Shown here: positions 10,701 through 18,185 of the stretch, in pieces
Layout: each line of letters opens with the position of its first letter
How positions within the stretch are numbered: the first letter of the stretch is position 1
The notes under the pieces: generated by a model
Databases searched by the model: none
The model's input: the letters and a program-made list of their open reading frames with translations, nothing else
What the model was told of the DNA's origin: nothing
Program-made: the position numbers and the translations under genes
IMG/VR virus record: IMGVR_UViG_3300012956_000018
Coordinates: 1 to 64,000 of that record
DNA from: a virus
Lineage: Duplodnaviria > Caudoviricetes
Length of the DNA stretch: 64,000 nucleotides
Direction: 5' to 3' (one strand)

Positions 10701-10828
10701 ATGTAGAGTGGAGTACTGGTATCGCATTCTCAACAGGTATTGCAGTAGTAGCATCTACTGGTATTGCAGATACTGATACTGGTGCTCCGACTGCTAATGA
10801 TGTAATAGGCAATTTCTTCTATGCTTAA
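7730..10828 (+). CDS. repeat-rich fibre/decoration structural protein
   Basis: Nine units of E/VD...LAVRxD...DGDY..L.V...G.L, five 18-aa PAGxNxIGxVD units, and a C-terminal beta-sandwich (KASAGQLYGYYLFN). Confidence 0.75.
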   Translation: MADGTRLNDGTGGDLIATDDITGGGVANNQKVQRIKVGFGTDNNYVDVDATTNRLPVDIQSIPAGTNNIGDIDVLTLPSATVAGTTSKTADLDTGVGTDNVMLVGLALPASGGAVVGGSSANPIRVDPVGTTPQPVSGTVTVNPHDVGSITVGVVPGVGSTNLGKAEDAAHSSGDTGVMLLAVRRDVATAGVNADGDYAALSITSTGSLRVDASGSNIPITDAGGSLTVDAPVGTPVNVQIGDGIRTASVRDTGASDSLNVAIVDAAGNQIVNFGGSGGGTQYQEDNPHASGDTGTVALVVRRDTPISSSNLDGDYSVLSVNSVGRLYTSATIDSALPAGSNAIGSVSINAALPTGTNTVGSIASVTTSITPGTAAANLGKAEDAVHTSGDTGVLSLAVRRDSVASGTSADGDYATLNVNSSGRLYTTATIDTALPAGSNTIGNVGISSAIPAGTNNIGDVDVLTVVTGTGPTNLGKAVDAVAGATDTGVAALAVRDDALAALAVADGDYTHLRVTSTGALWVEVTNGINGVNEDTPQVDGGEALPVLAVRRDVAASGVTADGDYAYLSVDASGALRVTGGGSGAQYVEDTPSTGAESLTLVGAVRQDTLATSTSADGDYANLKVAANGRLYTSSTIDAALPTGGNTIGSISSIATSVTPGTAAANLGKAVDSALGATDTGVAALAVRDDALSALTPADNDYTNLRVNSTGALWVAVSNGVPARAEDSAQVDGGDGVAMLAVRRDSATSGVSADGDYAYLSVDANGALRVAGGGGGTQFAEDAAHTSGDLGTLALVVRQDTLASSTSADGDYAALKVSSVGRLYTTAVLDTALPAGTNNIGDVDVLTLPVLPAGDNNIGNVDIVTLPALPAGTNNIGDVDVLTLPALPAGTNNIGDVDVLTLPAIPAGTNTIGNVGIAPRTSGGLSISRSINIQSASSLNVKASAGQLYGYYLFNAAASVRYVKIYNATSAVAGTGNPVITIPLPAGAGANVEWSTGIAFSTGIAVVASTGIADTDTGAPTANDVIGNFFYA
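10215..10470 (+). repeat. five ~54-bp coding tandem repeats
   Basis: PAGTNNIGDVDVLTLPAL-type units. Confidence 0.85.
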
Positions 10829-10843
10829 TAGGAGAAGTGCTTT

Positions 10844-11686
10844 ATGTTAATATTTGCTAATTCTGGATTACTTAATCCGCCATCAGTTAACCCAATATTT
10901 AGAGTTGTTGATGAGTCTCTTAGTATTAGTGAGGGTACATTATCTGTAAGAGTACTTACTAGAATATTTGGCGAATCACTAAATTTATCAGAGACATCTT
11001 GGTATTCTAGAGTATCAGCATTTGTTAAGATAGTAAATGAATCTACAAATCTATCTGAGCAACTACTGAAAAGATTATCTTATGTACGACTAGGTAATGA
11101 ATCAATAAGTATAGTAGATGTTCCATTCAGATCTAGAGTTCTCATCAAACTATTAGCAGAAATTTCAAACTTAACTGAATCGCAGAGAAGATTATTAATA
11201 GTCAGAGTAGTATTTAGTGAAATCCTGAATCTAGCAGAGTCTTCTGTACTTTGGAGAGTATTAGTAAGAGTTTATACTGAATTTTCTTCGATTGCTGAAT
11301 CTCTGCTCAGAGGATTTGTAAGATCTCGTATAATTAACGAGAGTTTATCTATAACTGATACTTTAGTAAGATTAAGATTACTAGTCAAAAGAATTAGTGA
11401 GATATTCAATATTACTGAATCTGCTATTAGACTTAGAATACTGTTTAGCATCATCTCTGATCAATTACTACTTAGCGAAGGATCCTTTACTAGACGAATA
11501 CTGATAAAGATTACAACTGATATTATTAATATCTTCGAAAATGTACTAAAGTTCGGTAATAAGATCAGAGTAATTCCAGAGTCTGTGAATTTAGTAGAGA
11601 TATTCTCAGTATTCGGTGCTATTAAGAGATTATGTATTACTGCTAAGATATTTATAGTAAACATGCTGACAAAGAAGAGATGGTGA
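10844..11686 (+). CDS. structural protein built of 12 tandem ~20-aa repeats
   Basis: Periodic xxESLxLxE...R motif through the whole ORF; GGAG RBS. Confidence 0.7.
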   Translation: MLIFANSGLLNPPSVNPIFRVVDESLSISEGTLSVRVLTRIFGESLNLSETSWYSRVSAFVKIVNESTNLSEQLLKRLSYVRLGNESISIVDVPFRSRVLIKLLAEISNLTESQRRLLIVRVVFSEILNLAESSVLWRVLVRVYTEFSSIAESLLRGFVRSRIINESLSITDTLVRLRLLVKRISEIFNITESAIRLRILFSIISDQLLLSEGSFTRRILIKITTDIINIFENVLKFGNKIRVIPESVNLVEIFSVFGAIKRLCITAKIFIVNMLTKKRW

Positions 11687-11689
11687 TAT

Positions 11690-12016
11690 ATGGCCGATAA
11701 TTTAGAAGTATTAGAAATTGATGCTGATAATATTATAAGAATATATGATTTAATAGACGAATCAACTGAAGAGAAAATTACTGGAGCCTCGGTTAGTATT
11801 GAACTAAGACTATCAACAGGAGCCTTAGCTCCAGGAGTCACTTGGCCTCTAAATTTAGCCGAAGTATCCTCTAGCCCAGGAGATTATTATGGATTTATTC
11901 CGAGACAGTCTACTCTAGACGAGTATCAAACTTATGATGTAAAAATATCAGTAAATTATAATGGAGGTTTGGGGGTATTATTTAAGAGAGCAATAGCTAA
12001 GAGGCATACTTCATGA
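11690..12016 (+). CDS. small virion structural protein (Ig-like)
   Basis: GVTWPLNLAEVSSSPGDYYGFIP motif typical of small phage beta-sandwich proteins; position in the structural operon. Confidence 0.55.
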   Translation: MADNLEVLEIDADNIIRIYDLIDESTEEKITGASVSIELRLSTGALAPGVTWPLNLAEVSSSPGDYYGFIPRQSTLDEYQTYDVKISVNYNGGLGVLFKRAIAKRHTS

Positions 12017-12213
12017 ATATTCTTGTTATATTTGGATTATTAGTATTTGGTATTATTGTCACTATTTTAGTGTTAAATTTATTAAGTAAATTCTCTCCCA
12101 GTTCAGTATTAGATTCTGAAGAGACGATAGTCGTTTGTAAAACAGATGAGAATACTGGTAAACGGAGAGTAGATTCGTCTAAAAAGCATTGGTATTCATT
12201 TCTATTTAATTAA
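12013..12213 (+). CDS. small membrane-anchored protein
   Basis: N-terminal hydrophobic helix; ATGA overlap with the previous gene. Confidence 0.55.
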   Translation: MNILVIFGLLVFGIIVTILVLNLLSKFSPSSVLDSEETIVVCKTDENTGKRRVDSSKKHWYSFLFN

Positions 12214-12225
12214 TCGGAGAATCAG

Positions 12226-12810
12226 ATGTTCAATATTTTAGTGAAAGAGAGAATCCGTGGATTTTCTAATTTAGTATTTCGCACTAAGGGAGGAATACGT
12301 ACTCCTTTATTTGATATGTTTGTTCCTCGTCACAATAATATTCTATTTATATTTGAAGGCCCAACATACGGCAAAATGCTAGTTCCTGCTCATAATATTA
12401 TTACTGATGCTGGAGATATCCACTATGCTCAGAGAGCAGTAGCAGAAACTCTTACTAATGCATTCGGTATACTCGAGTTGGGATCAGCTGGTACTCCGGG
12501 TAAGAGTGCTAATAGATCTTCATTTACTCCTATTTCAAGCACTCAGAAAGCTCATGATGCCACTTACCCGCGTCGCAATGATAATGATGCGGATAATACT
12601 GGCGCCGGTACTCGCATTGTTACTTTCCGTACTTCTTATACGGCTGCTGATTTCAATGCTACTGGTATTGCTAGAGGATGGATTACGAATACTTCGCCTG
12701 GTGCGAGTGAGCCGATTCTTACTGGCTTTACTCTGCCTAATTCTCCTTTTGATAAGTCTGCAAGTGACTCTCTGAAAGTATTTACTAATCATACCATGAA
12801 TGGAGTGTAA
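12226..12810 (+). CDS. virion structural protein
   Basis: HNIITDAG...FRTSYTAADFNATGI...FDKSASDSLKVFTNHT pattern of phage fibre-attachment proteins; GGAG RBS. Confidence 0.65.
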   Translation: MFNILVKERIRGFSNLVFRTKGGIRTPLFDMFVPRHNNILFIFEGPTYGKMLVPAHNIITDAGDIHYAQRAVAETLTNAFGILELGSAGTPGKSANRSSFTPISSTQKAHDATYPRRNDNDADNTGAGTRIVTFRTSYTAADFNATGIARGWITNTSPGASEPILTGFTLPNSPFDKSASDSLKVFTNHTMNGV

Positions 12811-12815
12811 CACTA

Positions 12816-13631
12816 GTGGCTTCTAATCTGAATAAAGTTACTCTCATACGAGATAGACTTAAAACAGATCTTGGAGATGTAGTATGGGATGTTGAGAGCA
12901 AGGATTTGATGAATTACATTAGACTAGCTTGCTTTAGATTCTATACTGCTAAGCCCATAGAGAAGCTACACAGGCAAGAAGTAAGTCTTGGTACAACTTC
13001 AGTAGATATTGAATCTCTGACTACTACAATATTCGGAGTAGATGCTGATAAATTCTATTTTCTAGGATTGGTATATTCTAATTATATGTTGCAAGGAGAA
13101 GAAATATTAAGTGGAGGATCTAATGTTAATCCATTTAACGTATTTCTATTCCAGAATCTTATGGGATATGGAGGGCCATCATCTTTAGGATCATGTACTG
13201 GAGGATCTAGAATTAGTTCTTTCAATGCTATGACCCAAGATGCTCTGGCTCCTCTACTATATGCTACTAAGAAGGATACTATTATGGGAGATGAGTCCTA
13301 TGAATGGGATCCTATAGCTCATAAAGTTAGAATAACAGCTCCAGCTGCTGGATCTGTAACTATGAGTCTTGCATATGGCTATAATGGTATTAGTGATGAT
13401 ATAAGTGATGTACCATTGTTAGGAGTAGCTTATAATTACTTAGATATTGTTGCTAATTTAGTTACTGAAGAATACTTGAAAGATCTCATTATGTCTAGAG
13501 GAACAGTTAGCCTAGCTAGCTCAGATTTTACAATAAACATTGACATAATGAAGGAGAGATATGACGATATTAAAGTCCAGAATAGAGAAAACTTAGAAAA
13601 GATAGTGTCCCCTTATATTTTAATGGCGTAG
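12816..13631 (+). CDS. neck/head-tail adaptor protein (T4 gp13-like)
   Basis: GTG start; IRDRLKTDLG...LMNYIRLACFRFY N-terminus and position between head and tail genes. Confidence 0.6.
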   Translation: MASNLNKVTLIRDRLKTDLGDVVWDVESKDLMNYIRLACFRFYTAKPIEKLHRQEVSLGTTSVDIESLTTTIFGVDADKFYFLGLVYSNYMLQGEEILSGGSNVNPFNVFLFQNLMGYGGPSSLGSCTGGSRISSFNAMTQDALAPLLYATKKDTIMGDESYEWDPIAHKVRITAPAAGSVTMSLAYGYNGISDDISDVPLLGVAYNYLDIVANLVTEEYLKDLIMSRGTVSLASSDFTINIDIMKERYDDIKVQNRENLEKIVSPYILMA

Positions 13632-13636
13632 GATAT

Positions 13637-13897
13637 ATGTTTAAATTTCTTCATCCATCTTCTTTAACTGCTGCAGCTCAGGTAATACTCTCATTAGTAT
13701 TTATAATAGGATACTTTTGGGTGTTGAATAAGGTATTGAGTGGCGATATTAAAGTCATAGAAGGATATACTGAAGTAGTCTCTGCATTACTAGGAGTAGT
13801 TACTGGTAGTGTGGTTACTATAGTAGCATTTTGGTTTTCTAGATCTAGAGAAACTAAAGTAGTATCAGATTCTACTTCAGAAGATTCTGCCAAGTAA
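13637..13897 (+). CDS. holin-like two-TM membrane protein
   Basis: Two hydrophobic helices, LLGVVTGSVVTIVAFWFSRS motif and a charged C-tail. Confidence 0.6.
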   Translation: MFKFLHPSSLTAAAQVILSLVFIIGYFWVLNKVLSGDIKVIEGYTEVVSALLGVVTGSVVTIVAFWFSRSRETKVVSDSTSEDSAK

Positions 13898-13898
13898 T

Positions 13899-14204
13899 AT
13901 GCCGAAATTATTATCAGTAATTGAATCTAAGTTATATACTATAAAAGATCTTCGACGTGCTGCATCAAGAGTAGGCGCTACAGTTGAAGATAATAGCACT
14001 AAGTATGAATTAGATTATCAAGTTATGTCGCCTCATGGTAAATTTTGGAAAGATTCGAATAGTGTTCACCTGGCTGTGTATACTTATAAAAATGATTTAA
14101 ATCAAGTTAGCAGTACTATACAAGATGCTATAGAAAGAATAGAATTCGGTCTTTATGACCCTGGTAAGGAAGAGTATGAGTATCAAACTGGAGAGAAATA
14201 CTGA
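13899..14204 (+). CDS. small MPKL-leader protein 1 (putative internal head protein)
   Basis: Starts MPKLLSVIES. Confidence 0.7.
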   Translation: MPKLLSVIESKLYTIKDLRRAASRVGATVEDNSTKYELDYQVMSPHGKFWKDSNSVHLAVYTYKNDLNQVSSTIQDAIERIEFGLYDPGKEEYEYQTGEKY

Positions 14205-14446
14205 TGCCTAAGCTAACTAAATTAGTATCAGAATGTATATCTGAATCTCTACTGCCAAATATTAAATCATCTGTATCTGAAATGAATACGCTAGGTATTG
14301 ATTGGGATAGATATACTTTTATATCTACCGACGGAAACAGTATAAAGATATCTATTGATGCAAAGAAACTGGTTAGAGATTATGGTAAATTTGGATTCGA
14401 CTCATACAAAGAACCGAGTGGATTTGTTACTATAGAGATTAATTGA
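14204..14446 (+). CDS. small MPKL-leader protein 2
   Basis: Starts MPKLTKLVSECISES; TGATG overlap. Confidence 0.7.
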   Translation: MPKLTKLVSECISESLLPNIKSSVSEMNTLGIDWDRYTFISTDGNSIKISIDAKKLVRDYGKFGFDSYKEPSGFVTIEIN

Positions 14447-14447
14447 T

Positions 14448-14783
14448 ATGCCTAAGCTTATAGATATTTGTGAATCTTTATATTATGATGTAGCTATATT
14501 ATATTTTCGTAATCCTTACGATGCTGATAGTGCTGCGTCTATATTACACGGTTCAAAATTACTTAAAGGATCTTTAGTAAAGTTAAATAAATCCACGGAC
14601 AGAATAATATTTAATGATATATCTAGAGATATGTATTTGAAAGCTATACAACTATTATCTGCGAATAATATTCGATTCGATCAAGAGACCCCAGAAACTA
14701 GTGTGCCCGTTGGAACATCAGTTCGTAGTGGGTTCACTAATAATGTTAACAGGGCTCAGTATAAGTATAGAGTTGCTAAATGA
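14448..14783 (+). CDS. small MPKL-leader protein 3
   Basis: Starts MPKLIDICES. Confidence 0.7.
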   Translation: MPKLIDICESLYYDVAILYFRNPYDADSAASILHGSKLLKGSLVKLNKSTDRIIFNDISRDMYLKAIQLLSANNIRFDQETPETSVPVGTSVRSGFTNNVNRAQYKYRVAK

Positions 14784-14951
14784 AAGTGATAAAGTATTCT
14801 GAAACGTTCTATAGGGCCGAGGTGCATTCGCACTCTCGATCTTATAGTCACGATAATAAGATACTAAATAGTGACTACATTATCTACTGTGTGTAAATAG
14901 TATAAAATTAATAAGATCTATTACTATAGAGATCAATTAGGAATTATATCT

Positions 14952-15133
14952 ATGCCTAAATTAATAAAACTGGAGTATTTAGTTTTGAAGTTCAAAGCTT
15001 AGGAGGGAGAATAGGAGGTAAGATTGGAGGAGCAGTAGCAGGAAAGACTTATCACAAGTGTCCTCAGTGTGGAGCAGAAGGCCGTGGGCCGTCTATGCTT
15101 AGATGGCATATGAGTAATTGCAAAAAGAAATAG
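14952..15133 (+). pseudogene. chimeric remnant: MPKL leader joined out of frame to a homing-endonuclease-like C-terminus
   Basis: ATG 14952 gives MPKLIKLEYLVLKFKA*; the -1 frame 14960-15133 gives ...QSLGGRIGGKIGG...CPQCGAEGRGPSMLRWHMSNCKKK* with no start codon. Confidence 0.6.
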
Positions 15134-15138
15134 CTGCT

Positions 15139-15735
15139 ATGGAAAATTTTAAAACAGCTTTCGATAAGACTATGGCTCATGAAGAAGGATATGCAAACGA
15201 TCCTGATGATTTAGGAGGGGAGACTATCCGTGGTATAGCTAGAGCCTATCATCCTAAGTGGCTAGGATGGGCTAAGATTGATCTTATTAAGGCTCATGGA
15301 AATACTACTGCTGAGCAAATTAATGCTATTGTAAAATCAGATCCTACACTAATTCATTTAATACTAGAATTTTATAGAGATGAGTTTTGGGATAAGATAA
15401 GAGGTGATGAATTACCTCTTGAACTATCTATGGAGATGTTCGATACTGCTGTAAACATGAGTCCATCTAGAGCTATAGAATTTCTTCAAGAAGGATTAAA
15501 TCTCAGTAATCGTAATCAAAAAGATTACCCAGATATTCTAGTAGATAGTAAATTAGGACCTACTACTATGAATACATTAAAATTATATCAAACTAAGTCT
15601 CCTAGAGATATTCAGTTTCTTATCAATATAATGAACATCCTTCAAGGATGTTACTATATTAATAGGTATCGTCAGTCTCCTACTCAAGAAAAGTATCATG
15701 GCTGGTTCAATAGGGTAATAATCAAACATGCCTAA
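15139..15735 (+). CDS. endolysin, glycoside hydrolase family 108 with peptidoglycan-binding domain
   Basis: HEEGYANDPDDLGGETIRGI, FYRDEFWD, MFDTAVNM, DSKLGPTT, GWFNRV. Confidence 0.9.
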   Translation: MENFKTAFDKTMAHEEGYANDPDDLGGETIRGIARAYHPKWLGWAKIDLIKAHGNTTAEQINAIVKSDPTLIHLILEFYRDEFWDKIRGDELPLELSMEMFDTAVNMSPSRAIEFLQEGLNLSNRNQKDYPDILVDSKLGPTTMNTLKLYQTKSPRDIQFLINIMNILQGCYYINRYRQSPTQEKYHGWFNRVIIKHA

Positions 15736-16039
15736 ATTAATATCGATTAAAGATAGTATAGAATCTCAATGGCCGAATTTAGTAGCATTTGTACATGGAG
15801 CATTTCAAGCTAATAGCGGTGCTCCTAAATCTAAAGCTATAGATTTCCTAAATAATGAACTAAAGATTAATTCTAATATTAAAAATCTTTACGATCTTGC
15901 AGATAAGTCTCTTGTTACTATATTCGGTACTATAAGTAATATTAAGATTGCTGGTATGGATGCTGATACCGGAGATAATAGTAGTCAAGGAAAAATTATT
16001 CCTGCATCTGCTATTAGTATACTAGATAATGCGTATTAG
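15728..16039 (+). CDS. small MPKL-leader protein 4
   Basis: Starts MPKLISIKDSIES. Confidence 0.7.
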   Translation: MPKLISIKDSIESQWPNLVAFVHGAFQANSGAPKSKAIDFLNNELKINSNIKNLYDLADKSLVTIFGTISNIKIAGMDADTGDNSSQGKIIPASAISILDNAY

Positions 16040-16041
16040 AT

Positions 16042-16242
16042 ATGCCTAAGCTTATTTCAGTTAAGGGGATGAAATTAACAGCAAATCGTGACAACAATAG
16101 CAGATTTATTGCTATTGTATCATCTAAAGAAGAAGCTGCTAGTATTATAGATAATATGGAAGCGAGTGGTACTTGGCCTGAGGGATTTGATGCTATTTTA
16201 GATAATATATGGCTGTATACTGATAAGTGGGAATCTCTTTGA
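16042..16242 (+). CDS. small MPKL-leader protein 5
   Basis: Starts MPKLISVKG. Confidence 0.65.
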   Translation: MPKLISVKGMKLTANRDNNSRFIAIVSSKEEAASIIDNMEASGTWPEGFDAILDNIWLYTDKWESL

Positions 16243-16445
16243 TGTCTAAGCTATTAAAACTAGACGGCATAGCTTTGCTGTATTTTACTAGCTTTGAAAG
16301 CTGGTCGGCTAAGGCTATCGAATTAGGCTATGATAGATTAGATAAAGATAAAAACGCTAAAGCTATAAATCCTGATACAGGCGAAATAGTAGGTGGATGG
16401 GACTCTAATTCTAAATTTTGGTGGATAAGAGATAAAGATGCCTAA
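16242..16445 (+). CDS. small MSKL-leader protein 6; free-standing copy of a protease module
   Basis: TGATG overlap; MSKLLKLDG...FTSFESWSAKAIELGY...AINPDTGEIVGGWDS resembles four modules inside 1066..5265. Confidence 0.7.
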   Translation: MSKLLKLDGIALLYFTSFESWSAKAIELGYDRLDKDKNAKAINPDTGEIVGGWDSNSKFWWIRDKDA

Positions 16446-16671
16446 TCTTATAGATATTATTGAAACTGATGGGTTAGATCTTAATATGATAGGCGTAGAT
16501 AGCGATTTATTTGCTATAAGAATAAATAATATTAAATATAAATATAGACCCATAAATATGTCTCCTCAGGAATTAGCAGTAAAATTTTCAAAGATGTCAG
16601 TATTTAGTAAGGGCAAAGCCCTAGCGTGGTTAAAGAAGAACTCTGAATTAGCAGATAAGTCTGCTATTTGA
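16438..16671 (+). CDS. small MPNL-leader protein 7
   Basis: Starts MPNLIDIIET; C-terminus KFSKMSVFSKGKALAWLKKN. Confidence 0.7.
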   Translation: MPNLIDIIETDGLDLNMIGVDSDLFAIRINNIKYKYRPINMSPQELAVKFSKMSVFSKGKALAWLKKNSELADKSAI

Positions 16672-16689
16672 TATTTTAGGAGATACACT

Positions 16690-17217
16690 GTGTTTAATGT
16701 AGTAAATATTAAAAGTAAAATGAGAAAAGTAGGTTATACTGAGAAAGTGATAAGATCAGTATGTAGTATACTGGCTCTTGAATCGAATACTCGATTACCC
16801 CACCACACTATGATTTTGGCATGCAGAAATGCTAGGATTAATGTTGATGAATTTAAGAATAAGATATTAGAATCTGATTTCAAAGTAGGCGATAAGGTAA
16901 GAGTGCCTAAAGATTTATCAGGTGAAGATAGAGATTTAATTGGAACTGTGATTAGTGCTGGGAATGCAGAAGTAAAGGTGCAATTACCTACTGGCCAAGG
17001 ACCGAGTTATCAAATAATTGTTATGGATACTGAAATCAGTAAAGAATCAGTACTAAAAGAAGATCATTTTCAGGTAGATGACAGAGTGATGACTAAAGAT
17101 GGTGATACCGGTAAAGTCACTAGTATTCTTAATTATGGTACTGATGATGAAGTATATATGATAAAGCTGGACAATGGTAGTATTAGAGACTATAGACCTA
17201 GTGAGTTGGTACTTTAA
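16690..17217 (+). CDS. protein with two KOW/SH3-like modules
   Basis: GTG start after GGAG; ILES-DFKVGDKVRV and VLKE-DHFQVDDRVMT...GKVTSI. Confidence 0.7.
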   Translation: MFNVVNIKSKMRKVGYTEKVIRSVCSILALESNTRLPHHTMILACRNARINVDEFKNKILESDFKVGDKVRVPKDLSGEDRDLIGTVISAGNAEVKVQLPTGQGPSYQIIVMDTEISKESVLKEDHFQVDDRVMTKDGDTGKVTSILNYGTDDEVYMIKLDNGSIRDYRPSELVL

Positions 17218-17219
17218 CT

Positions 17220-17666
17220 ATGGCAACTATAGCTGAGCTTATTAGTTCTACTAATAGCTTTAAGCCTATACTATTTACTAATGCGAATAGTGTATATGTA
17301 GACCAACTCAATATTACCAGATCCAAGGGTACCAGAACTATTTTATTTACTGCTGTGACTAAAGATAGGCATTCGCCATCAGGAAGAACTGCTCAAATGC
17401 AATTTGTTCTACCTAAGGATGTAAAGATTGAAGATTATAGACCATCTATAAGTAAAGACAGAGTTTTAGTAAGATGTTCTAGTCCGTGGTACAAGTACGC
17501 ATTTGGTTATAATAATGCTAGAATAAAAGCTCAGTTCGGAAGAATTAGCGAATTTACTGTTTTAGGTACAGGGAGACCTGTTAACCCAAAGAATTATCCT
17601 GGATTAGATAAGCATTTAATAGCTATGACTAGAGCTCTTAAAGATGAGAGGTTAATAAGTGGATGA
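17220..17666 (+). CDS. SWIM-finger-like phage head-region protein, zinc ligands degenerate
   Basis: VLVRCSSPWYKY...NPKNYPGLDKHLIA aligns with the V.CSC..F.Y...NP....G.CKHL pattern. Confidence 0.6.
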   Translation: MATIAELISSTNSFKPILFTNANSVYVDQLNITRSKGTRTILFTAVTKDRHSPSGRTAQMQFVLPKDVKIEDYRPSISKDRVLVRCSSPWYKYAFGYNNARIKAQFGRISEFTVLGTGRPVNPKNYPGLDKHLIAMTRALKDERLISG

Positions 17667-18118
17667 CTGCTCAAGATAAATCTCATGATCACTTTGAATG
17701 GTTTAGTAAGAGGGCTACTCTTATGAAGTTAGTAGGAGGTAGCGTAGTATCAATTATTCTGGCTACTGTAGCGATAAGCCAGTATTTTATTACTAGAGCA
17801 GAAGCAGAAGATCAGTTTACTAAAACATCAGATCAAATACTGAAGCAGAGCCAGAGCCTAATTATTTATACTCGTCAGCAGTATTTGATTTCTGAAAGGA
17901 AGAATCTAGTAAATAGAATAGATGATCTTACTAGATGGCTTACTATTATGAATGCGACTCCTAATAATAAGCTATCTTCTACTGAGAAGATGCAAATTGA
18001 ATTCTATACTGATGAAGTATCTAGTAGTAAGAAAAAGATAGATACTATTGACGAAGAACTAGAAAAGTGGAATAGATCTGCTGCTCAACTAGAAAAGCAG
18101 ATTAGTGTAGATAGATAA
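17663..18118 (+). CDS. single-TM coiled-coil protein
   Basis: TM helix near residues 20-42, then a heptad-rich region. Confidence 0.6.
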   Translation: MTAQDKSHDHFEWFSKRATLMKLVGGSVVSIILATVAISQYFITRAEAEDQFTKTSDQILKQSQSLIIYTRQQYLISERKNLVNRIDDLTRWLTIMNATPNNKLSSTEKMQIEFYTDEVSSSKKKIDTIDEELEKWNRSAAQLEKQISVDR

Positions 18119-18185
18119 CAATACTCAAGATATTTATAGTTAAATGTTCGATTTTATCTGATTAACTTAAATAAGGTATACTAGC

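Noticed and set aside
12458-12775. Alternative-frame + strand ORF inside gene 12226
   Set aside because: It is a Leu-rich frame shadow with no RBS.
14784-15133. Group I intron remnant (hairpins plus endonuclease fragment)
   Set aside because: TAGTC precedes GACTA, the reverse of the P7 order in group I introns, and no interrupted host gene is evident.
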